DNA of 64,000 nt from positions 12,338,001 to 12,402,000 of the forward strand of contig NC_081331.1 of NCBI RefSeq assembly GCF_022539665.2. Direction: 5' to 3'. Positions within the stretch are counted from its first letter, which is position 1. Each line of letters opens with the position of its first letter. Source of the stretch: Daphnia carinata. Lineage: Eukaryota. The notes beneath the pieces are model-generated. The model saw only the letters and a program-made list of their open reading frames with translations, had not been told where the DNA came from and did no database searches. Below are positions 1 to 10,300 of this stretch, one piece after another. Position numbers and translations under genes: made by a program.

Positions 1-253
1 TTTGCTTTAATCATTTTGTTGATTTTCTGTTTAGTTTTTCCCAACAGTTTTCGAGTACTTTGCAGTAGCGGCTCGTACGATGTCATTTGATGGGAGTAGT
101 ATACATCTTGTTTGGAGCACACTCTTTCAGGCGTGTGAAAATTTAATATTTTCTCATTTACGCAATTTGGAAACAAATAAAAATCCAAGACCTTTTATTA
201 GCTATTTTACTGTTTTCTATCCAATTGCCCAGGATCGGCATTGAACGTTCAAG

Positions 254-292
254 TATAAATAGCCGGATAAAAGGCGTCGATTAGCATCAGTT
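254..292 (+). promoter_or_regulatory. Core promoter of peptide-precursor gene 1 (TATA box + arthropod initiator)
   Basis: TATAAATA at 254-261 and TCAGTT initiator at 287-292 (context CATCAGTTCCTCA); same spacing and context in both paralogs. Confidence 0.8.
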
Positions 293-336
293 CCTCAACT
301 GAGTACCTCCTGCTAATATCTTTTACCCACTCGAAA

Positions 337-978
337 ATGAATTTGATGGTAAGTTGACTCGCATTTGAGTTTTCACCACAACCCAAATTATCTTTGGTGA
401 TTATGTCTTGCATTACTTTGTACGGATTGCAGATTTTCCTGGCATCTATCTTGGCCGTTGCCGTCGCCAACGGAGCAAATTCGATAAAGGACACCAACAT
501 TCAAGTTTCACCTGATCAAGACGTCGCTGAATTCTACCGCCGAGGATTTTATGGCGGATATGGGGGCCACTGGCGCGGACGTCGATCAGCAGAGGAAGCG
601 AAATCGGAATTAGAGGCTAGCGTTGAAAGTGGCAATGATCAAGAAGCCAGCGAATATTATGCCAATCGTTTTTATGGTAATTATGGCCACCCTTCATATT
701 ACAGTCGATATGGAAGTTGGCGTGGTCGTCGTTCAACCGGAGAGGTAAAACCGGAAATAGAGCCCAACTTTGAAGTAGTTGCTGATCAGGAAGCCAATGA
801 ATTTCGCCGTGGCTATTACGGAGGACACCACGGATATTGGCGTGGACGTAGGTCGGCTGATGAAAACGCTAATACCCTTCAAATCGAACCGGATCAAGAC
901 ATGAACGAGAATGTCAGACGTGGCTATTACGGTCATTCTTACGGTAGATACGGATCCTGGTACGGTAGACATTGGTAG
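337..978 (+). CDS. Secreted Gly/Tyr/Arg-rich repeat polyprotein precursor, paralog 1 (exons 337-348, 433-978; ~185 aa)
   Basis: ATG AAT TTG ATG|gtaagt...ttgcag|ATT TTC CTG gives signal peptide MNLMIFLASILAVAVANG; four modules of acidic spacer + DQxxxE + Y/G/R-rich peptide, three ending WRGRRS; AATAAA at 1122-1127. Confidence 0.9.
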
Positions 979-2012
979 ACTGTGTCGTTTTAAATAACTC
1001 CTTTCCATTACTATGTTTAAGCAAACATGTATTAGCAAGGTTCGCTCCTAATGTACGTCCCCGATAAACGATACCTGATTCACAACTGCATTTATGCCCC
1101 TTCTTTTGGTCTTAACTTCCCAATAAACAATGTTTTTTTCTCACTTGAATGTGCGTTACTCACTTGGAGAGGATAATAGAGATTTAAGGTCCAATACACA
1201 GAAAAGTTATCATGGAATACGATGTTTTGTGTTTTAGTCTTAAGTTCCTAACACCAACTTTGTAATAAGCCTGTCAAAGCCATGTGAGCCAGTTTCCCCA
1301 TAGCTCGTGATTGGCTTTTTATGTTCTGCAAATAGACCACTTCCTTACTAAGAACATATCCATTGGCCTGGTGGAAGTGTTCTGGTTTTGAATGGTATCA
1401 ATGAAGTACGCGGATATTGTCGTGGAGATTGGCGGACACCGGCATATGGCTATACGGTGTGTGATATAAACGTTTAAAAAGGCGATTGGCTTACTTATGA
1501 ATTTGTAAAAATATTTGAAGAAAAGCATACGCCAGGAAGCCGCAACTGATGAACGTAACTGACTCACCAAAGTTTTGTCGTTTCTTGGTGTTGGATCACT
1601 TCTGCGAGGCGTTGTCTGCGTTAAAATAATAATAATAATAATACAATAAATAAAGGGGCTCTCAATAATAAAATGATCTAATAATGGAATGGGTAATAAT
1701 AAAAATTCAACATAGAGTCAAATTGTATAGTATCACTCATAAATTAAACGTCATTTATAGATACAGCACATTGAAATCGGAATTGCGCTTCATAGCAGCC
1801 AATTAATTGGCTGCCCGCAACCCTGAAATTCATGTAATTAAAGCCAAGTAACATCACTATTTGCTTCTTATGTTTCACTAAACACTACAAAGAATAAACA
1901 TTTATAGTTGACCGCAAAAACCATTAAGCGAAACTCAGGGTCGAGCATTTTGAGATTACGATCTGCAATGGATTCGTTTTGAAACTAAACCTCTTTATAG
2001 TGAACAGCGGAG

Positions 2013-2051
2013 TATAAAAAGGCAGGTAAGAGCCCTTGATCAGCATCAGTT
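2013..2051 (+). promoter_or_regulatory. Core promoter of peptide-precursor gene 2
   Basis: TATAAAA at 2013-2019, TCAGTT at 2046-2051 (CATCAGTTTCTCA). Confidence 0.8.
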
Positions 2052-2093
2052 TCTCAACTATCTTCAGCTTCCAACACTCTCACACGCTTCAAA

Positions 2094-2842
2094 ATGAAAT
2101 TCACTGTAAGTTTACTTTAGTTTCAACGAATTGCTTGTTTCCATCTCATTGTATTGCCGCTATATCCTATCCCTTTCTCCAAATTCTATGTAAGATTATT
2201 TTGGCTTGCCTGTTGGTCCTGATTGTTGCGACTGAGGTAAAATCAGAATCGCAAAAAGGCGTGCAACTCTCACCTGATCAAGACGTCGCTGAATTTCATC
2301 GCGGAGGCTTTTATGGCGGATATCGGGGCTACTGGCGCGGACGTCGCTCAGCTGAACGAAAACCACAAAACGGAGTCAAAGATGATGCTGACGTCGATCG
2401 GGAGGTAAAGGATGAAGTTGAAGTCGATCAGGAGGCAAAGGATGAATTCGAAATCGACCGAGAAACAAAAGATGAAGTTGGAGCCGATCAGGAGGCAAAG
2501 GATGAGGTTGGAATCGATCAGGACGCAAAGGATGAAGTTGGAATTGACCAGGAAGCAAATGATGAAGTTGAAGTCGACGAAGAGGTGAACGAATATCACC
2601 GTGGCCGTCGCTCAGCTGAAGAGCTCAAAAACCTACGTGTTGATGCTGAAATCGCTGCTGATCAGGAAGCCAACGAGTTTCGTCGTGCCTACTATGGCGG
2701 ATATCACGGACATTGGCGCGGTCGCCGATCCGCTGAGGAAATGAACGCGGCCATGAACGTTCCAGTTTATTCTGATCAGGATGCAAGCGAATGGTACGCT
2801 CGCCGCTATTACGAACGTCCCTATACTTATCGAGGCTATTAG
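2094..2842 (+). CDS. Secreted Gly/Tyr/Arg-rich repeat polyprotein precursor, paralog 2 (exons 2094-2105, 2195-2842; ~219 aa)
   Basis: ATG AAA TTC ACT|gtaagt...taag|ATT ATT TTG gives signal MKFTIILACLLVLIVATEVKS; three RGRRS sites; expanded acidic spacer; AATAAA at 2988 and 3000. Confidence 0.9.
2381..2590 (+). repeat. Coding minisatellite, 7 x 30 bp (10-aa acidic repeat, consensus DEV(E/G)xDQEAK)
   Basis: Seven consecutive 30-nt units beginning gatga(a/t/g), e.g. gatgaagttgaagtcgatcaggaggcaaag. Confidence 0.92.
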
Positions 2843-3690
2843 GTGGATGCCACACTGGTAAAACTTTCGTTATTCGTAGAAATCCCTACGCTTGTTGATT
2901 GTTCTAATTAGACGTGGCATGTAGAAACTGACACATCAGGCCCTAAATTTGACTTTGCAAAACGCTCTTACAACTACTTCATTTTCGAATAAACATTTGA
3001 ATAAACGCTCCATTTTGTTCTATTTGGACCTTTGTTATCATGGTAGTTTGATGGACGGAATCGAGCACCGTTTACACCGAAGAGATGTCGTGTCATCACC
3101 GGTGTTATTCTTAGTATGTGGTTCTGAGGGAGGTTGAACGGAGAGTCAACAGAAGAGATTAACTCCGGGCAAAAGGGTACAAAAAAAAACATTTTTGTCT
3201 CGTTCATCCCCGATAATAATGCGCATTTGCTATTTGCTTTCAAAAACTTAAAAGTCTTACCTGTCATCGCTAGATGGCTTTTGCTCCATCGACGAACTGC
3301 TGGCAGGAAAACCGTAAGGCGTTGAACAAAACCCGAAATCTGAACATAGATTCTAAATATTAACACTACGAAAAAACGAAAATACTACCATTTTGTTAAG
3401 AACCTGTATTACTTTTTTATTCTTTTATGGGAAAAGGAGAGTACTGGGTAATTTCCCGTCAGAGATGTAGTTGTTTGTACCCTTGGAATAGTGGGGGCTG
3501 CACTAGCTTTCACAAACGGAACGACGGAACTGGGTGGACGATTGCGAACGATTTAAGGTTGCTTAACCCTTGCCTTGTATGCTTCTAGAACATTGGGTTA
3601 AGGGTTAGAAAAATGTTCTCGGGGGAAAAGGTTAAAAGAATGGCGCGAAAAGCGTATGCTTTCATCAAGTGCGCCTTTTTTCTCGAACAT

Positions 3691-4338
3691 TCAGTCAGAG
3701 TCGGAGTGAAGTGAGCTGTTGGTGCGTCGTAATGGCTGTGGAACTTTTTACTTCCAGCATTTCATTTCTCAACATGTTCACCAATGCACTAGTGTCAGTA
3801 ACAGGTATTAGTTAATATTACAACCTTTAACTATCAGTGATTTTAAATTCTTATAGTTTTCTTTTAATTTGTTTTATTTACGCCATAGTCCTAAAGACAG
3901 AAGCTGGGATCCATTTTCGAATGGTTTCTAGAGCACATGCTGTGGGAGATGTCAGCAATCCCCGCCTTGACAGTTGTGGAGACTGTGGTTAATAAGTACG
4001 CCCTTCATCAAAGTGGTGATCGTCCGTCATCGATACTTCAGGTTAGTCTCTATTTTAAAACTAATTCCCTAGACTTTAGTTGTATGTGAATGTCGACTAA
4101 GGAAAGTGAAACTGCTTTTTGTTTTGTTACTTGGTTTTCATGATGAAATGTCCTTCAGGCTTTAAGCTCTATCCACACATCTTAGAAGATGATATGGCGG
4201 AGAGACTGTAGAATGCGTAGGATTGAGAGCTTAAAAGGGTTGGATATCGCGTTGATTATTTTGCCGACGTTAGTGTTTTGAAGCTGACGCTAACTGTAAT
4301 CCCCGTACGCAGAGCTTTTTGCATGTTCAGACTGTTAA
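3691..4338 (+). other. Putative 5' leader exons (3691-3804, 3889-4041, 4159-~4338) of the downstream receptor gene, with a spliced 58-codon uORF (ATG 3732, TAA 3990-3992)
   Basis: TCAGTC initiator at 3691; GT-AG sites with short introns; splice-site contexts conserved in the paralogous copy at 50.46-50.95 kb. Connection to the GPCR CDS is inferred. Confidence 0.5.
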
Positions 4339-7300
4339 GTAAGCAAAATCCTTTCGTTATCCACATACCAATGAGGCTAGCACAAAGTATGACGTCTTTT
4401 CGCTAGTGGATTGTCCTTTTGAAACTTTTAATGTTTTTTCGGCATCTTTTTTTCTTTTCACTGGAAGACATCCTTTAAATCGAGAAGACTTCCGGTTTTT
4501 AATGGCGGATATGGATCTCAGAGCAATTGATGCAGAATTGCTCTTGAGACCGCTTTTATGAAGTAATTGCCCTTGTTGACTTGAGCTTCATAAGACAATC
4601 AGCTTCCGCCAGTGGAATGGATTGGGAATTCGACAAAGACCTAATTTTTTGTTTTCTTCCGTCACATTGTTTCTTGTTCACGGATTGTTTTCAGGGTTGT
4701 CTGGCCCATAATTCACTAAGCAAGTTGTTTTATCCAACATCAGGTTTTATCGCACGAAACTTCCCTTTCTCGTTATGCGTTTCTCTGAAATTCAGTCGCT
4801 CACAGTTATCAGTAGCAGCCAATTTGCGACAAAACTCTTGTAATTTCAAAGCTGTTTATCAGCTATTTTTTTTCTTTTCTTCAGTCATGTTTGAGATTAG
4901 GCCAATATCCATATATTGACATGCCAACGGATGCAGTGACACTCTACCAACGGCCGTAGCGTGAATGAGAATGTGATTATGTAGAGGCAGGTTTTTTTTC
5001 CTTAAATTCTACAGACGTCCGTTTCTCTTGACGTTTTTTGGTGGCGGTGTTTTTCAAATTCCAAAAAGAAATGAAAGTAGTTCCATAAAAAGGTAGATAC
5101 TTTTGACAAGGACTCCCATTTTTTACCCGTCAAAATGATTGTGTATCTTTTCATTTCTACGGTCCCTTCTTGGGATCCTTTTATTTAACATTTTGGCAAA
5201 AGATTTAAATTGAGTTCCGTCTCGTCCTGAACAGCCGACCTATGCTAAAGAGATGTCAGCCACAGGCGTATTTCTATCAAAGATATTGTTATTTCAATTG
5301 GTATGAAAATTCTTTTCATATAGCATCAATTACGTTTCATTTTCTTTCGTATTGAAAAACGAGTTAAACTGGTTTGTTTTGCTTAAGAATCGTAATGAGG
5401 AGGTAAAAATGTTCGTTAGCATATTTATTTATGTATTTTCGTACCACAGCATCCAATGGTGATGAATAATCTAATGCCGCCCTTGGCATTCACCAATTTA
5501 GGATCTATACAATTTTTTTTTTGTGGTTGCTCCGAGCTTCCCGTCTTGCAACGTCCACATTATTTGCCTTTGTAGCCAAGACATATCCTTACACATGAAA
5601 AGTACCACTGCGTGCGATCGTCAAGACAAGTGAAGACTCTAATTCTAGGAAAATGATATTGTCAATATTGTTTTGGGATAGAATAATAGACCTACGGCGT
5701 TGTTTGCTCGTCTTAGCCTATCAGACAGGAGAGAAAAGAAATACTAATTGAGCAGAAGGGAAGGTGTAATGGCTGGTTTCGTATTACTTTTCTTGCATAG
5801 TCTAGTCGTAATTGTATAAATAGATGTAGCCTTGTACTTTCATCCTTTCAATTTATTAATCATGAGGCGAGGCAAGTTGGTCGTGCAGCTGCGTAACCAT
5901 ATCGTGCACTTACTGCGAAACTGATCCTTTTTCTTTGCTACTCATTTGTTTCTTCTTCTGGGCCATCCTTGATCTCCCGCGGAGGGAGCGAACCCGTTCG
6001 TTTTATGTCTTTTTTTTTTTACTTTACCACGCGTTCTCAGACGTCGAACGTAAGGACAAAAAATTAAAACGCATTGACAGATTTTCAATACCATTCGAGT
6101 TGATTGTAGTGAATAGCTTTTCGTTATCTTTCCATTGTGTGAACTCAGCGCACGTTTCCGATCGTCCTTTATCCTGCGCTGTCAGTACATTCCCGTATGA
6201 ACACGTCATGAAAAGTGAGCAACAGAATCGAATTCATCAGTTCAGTAGCTTTTCTTTCTTACTTACTATTGACAAGACCTGTAATTTTCATTTTGCATTG
6301 TGGCTATTTTTTCTGGCACAGGGAAACAAACCAGGTGAATGTCAGAGGAAATAAAAGCGGATCGACCTTCAATTACGTAGACTAAGTCGTCTCTTGTAGT
6401 TCGTTCTTATCTTCCTATTTATCTCGATACATCTAATGTAAATGCGTAGTTGACAATTCGTCTCGAAACCCTTTGCGTAGGCACGCGGATGAAAATTCTT
6501 TCATTTCCTCATCTGACGTCATTTGTCGATATTACGGGATGCTCTTCGACGATGAGAAATCTTACAAGTTGATACCGCCGAGTGAAAAGGGGTTGCGTAC
6601 TTTCCGACCTGGGTTCTCAACTTGGCTTTATAGTCGTGCGTCATAATCTTTCTTTCATAAAAAGAAAGTATAAGCCGAATACTTGCAATATGTTGTCTAA
6701 TACCCATATTTGTGAAATCCTATTTTTGAATCTTCTGCTTATCTGTTTTGTTTCCCGTAGGCGAAATTTGCTTAACGTATTTGAGAGCTTCAATTTGAAA
6801 CTGTCACATCAACTACTAATAGTTTAATGGAAATTGTAAAGCGTTACTCTTTGATATTAGAGATTAAAAACCCGTAACGGAGTGAGTAAACGTTTATTTG
6901 CAATGCTGGTTTGTAGCATATTTCCTCTCAATGGATTCGTTTGTTTGTTACTCCCCTTTTTTCAAATTGAACTCGCGCTCTGACTCGAGATTTAGCGCTC
7001 CTCACTTGCCCGTTCAGTTTGTCTCTTGTGTTTGCATAATTTGATTAGCGGAGCCGGCAGCTCTTCCGACCGCTCACCATTTCCCCGCTAGGGATGGAAG
7101 TGTATAGAATCTCGCGGTGGATGATATACAGAAAGTTTTGTTAACTTTTTCTTTAACAGACTTGGTAACTAGCAGTACCGATAGGGGGGGGGGAGGCAAG
7201 CCTTTGGTGATACGGATTGAGGGAGACAAGAGAGGAACGAGCAAGATTTAGTGATACAGGTTTTGAGCGGTGTATTGGGTCCATTATTCATTGACTCAAA

Positions 7301-10300
7301 GTTTTCAATCCTACATGCAGCAACCAGTAGTAGTTGAAAGTTTAGCGGATGTAACCAATACAGTCGACGCGTTTTCTCAGTTAAAGAGCCGAGTGGGACT
7401 CGTTGCGTGTTATACGAAAGTCAGTAGGTGACTTCGTGAGTCGACTGCCTTCTATTTGCTGCAGCGGAATGGCACTCCCAATGGTGATTTTACGTTACAG
7501 AGGAATGGGGTTGGTGCACTATAAGGAAAACTTTATAATTGCATTATGCCATCGATTACCGTTAAGAGTTTTAGCTAGACTGTACTCTATCTGTACCGAC
7601 TGTTTTTTTTTCCCTTCTTCGTATACGCACCGTATTTGATACGAACGTTCCAAGTTTCAAGATTTCGTTTCTGGCGCAAACATTGTGTTGCAGTCTGTCA
7701 CTGATTTGCATAAGCGTAGAAGCGTAATCAACAGATGGCGTCAAAACATGCGACGAATAAATGTACATTTCAGGATATTGAACTATACAATGCGTGTTGA
7801 CTAAATCCACTCCACCCCTCTTTTAGTCTACTACTTGTCACGATTCAGCATTTTTTTTTTTTTAGGATTGCGTGGCGTCGTATTCTTGACGATCCTTTGG
7901 TTTATTGTACAAGCCATTTTCTGTTGCGTTGGAATTGCTGTTCCATATCCTTGTCTGTGCTACATCTCTTTGTTCGATTAACAGGGTCTCATCTCTTTTT
8001 GCATGCAAATTATTTGCTCATTTTTTGTTACTTTTTCATCATCAACGAAATAGTGCCAATCCTCTTTGGCAAAGGATGGATGACATCTATCTGGATGAGT
8101 AAGCCGAATGGGTGTCATTTAGAAGCTACTCATAGTTAGGCTTTAAAATGCATCTTTCCTGCTCTATGTCACGTTTAACGAATTGCTCATCGTTGTTGGT
8201 ACTATAGTGCAGTTTACGCAAGAGCTAATCGTCCATCTAAACCGCGAAAGGCTCGGGATTGGCAAAGGCCAGCGCAGTTAAGATAACCTGACTCGATTTG
8301 CCGATTAATTGAATAGAATTTTCTATTGGGGGGAGGTTTGAGACACGCCCGCTGTCAGACGATTGTACCGTGAAATAAGGAAATTGAAGGCTAGCTGAAC
8401 AACAGCTGCCATATGTTGAGTTTCACTGCAGGCTCCAAAGTATGTCAACAATACAATTTAAATGCTAATAAGCCTTTCTTGCTACGAAAAATAACAAAGG
8501 CCTTTTTTTTTTTACATTTCGGATTGCTAGCGATGGGAAATTGAATTTTCTTTTTTCTGATTAAATGCGGCAGTATTTTTTATTTGAAAAGAAAATTGAT
8601 CAGCCCAATCGAACGATGCACCTCACGCCACATGATGGCGGCAAGGTAACAATTCGTACGTAAGAAATTGAAACGTTCCGTATGGGTTTGAGTGCCAAAG
8701 AAAGAAGAACGAAAGGGAGAGCTTTGATCATTTTGAATGACGAAAACTTTGGGTAAAGATGGAATAGGCTCAGGAAAGTTGTGAACGTAGTTATAGTTAG
8801 CATCTCCTTCTAATCTTTTCTTTCTCTTTATTTTCAAAGCGAAACACGACTGAATAAGTTTGGTGGTTGGTAAATAAAGAGGGCGATGAGAACATGAACA
8901 CAACATGGAACTAAAGGTTGTTTGCGTCTGTAAGGATTAAGAAGGGCGGAATATAGTTCTCCTCTCGCTTTCATGCTTCTTTATACAGACTCGTATTCTT
9001 TGACTAAAAGTCCGAGGTGGAACCTGACGATGATTGTAAATAATAAAAAAAAGGGTAAATAGATAAAGTGAATGCAGTCCACATTGAATCATAAGAGGAT
9101 TTTCCACATCCATCATTTTTAGACGTACTTGTTTAGCAATTTCTTTTTTTGTGTGTGTAGTCTGCATTTAAGGTTACACAAGCTCAACAATTCATTGGAT
9201 CCGTAGAAGGTGACGGAGGACGAAAATGTAAAAAAATTTTACTACTCTGACTGTATCATAGAGCCGGACTGCACAGCATCTGTTGCCTTTATGTGCGACG
9301 CTTTACGCCCGTGTAATTACAGTCAACTTGTGCTCGATAGAGTTGGCGTATGTCTACCGAGTACAAACACAAATGAGTGGCAGCGGAATAGAACGGAGTG
9401 ATGGAGTTGCTGCTTGCGGTTAGCAATCATTCTTTGCAATGACTAAGACTTGAGGCAATTCCATGTTCCTCTCGCTAGAACCGTACACACAAGCCTCGGG
9501 TTGTTATTCAGCTCAACCGTACACGAGATCCGTTCTCTTTCTCGCTGTTGGGATTGGAAAACTTTTTTTTTTTTTTTTTACTTTTTGGCACGGGCCTTTT
9601 TCTCTCGATAGCGCTCTTTTGTTTTGACGACGAGGTGGTCTTGCTCAGTTAACCAAGCGTTTGCAAATAAAGATGCTAGGGGGGGGGGGGGCATCGCTGG
9701 ACTAGTTTGTTGTTTAGATAGCGGTGTAGTATCAGCGAGATAGCATAATACTGGGCACACGAAACGTGATCAGGCTTTGACGGTATTCATTTTCAAAAGT
9801 CTTTGATTCAATGCTCCAGTGCACATACAGTAGCACTGGGAGAGTAGAGTGTAAGCGCTTTTTGTACGGATGGAAATTCATCAGGCTGTGCGAATGAACT
9901 ATCTTTTTATAGTCGATAGAATCAATAAATTTTTGTTGAGACATAAAATGTTTATCGACAATCCCAGGTTTTCAAAGTTAACCGACTTGCTAATCCCACT
10001 CAATTTAGTCCTGCCGTTTGTTTTGTAAAATCAAGGTAAAATTCAATTTTTGCTATCCGAAATTGACTAATCGCTTTATAGATCAATATCAAGACACCGT
10101 GCCGTTCAGGTTTGGCCTTTGGCAGAAATATTCCATTAATACTGAGAATCGGCTTTTATATTTTTGGAACCCTATAAAAAAGCCTTTACGCTTCGGTGAT
10201 GGTCACATCATTCGGCATTAGAATAATACCGCCAGCATTTGCCGATGGCATACCATTCGAAAAAGAAACAATCAATTTCATTTGATTGTATTCTTTTGCA

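Noticed and set aside
394..432. ORF-track N-termini for the peptide genes and Di-Ras (394, 2036, 48038, 45575)
   Set aside because: Non-ATG starts reading through introns/UTR; true starts are ATG 337, 2094, 47948 and 45737
2348..2599. Minus-strand repetitive ORFs; possible CRISPR-like array
   Set aside because: Antisense reading of the 30-bp coding minisatellite; no spacers, eukaryotic context
3595..3608. GGGTTAAGGGTTAG telomere-like word
   Set aside because: Only two imperfect units; chance-level
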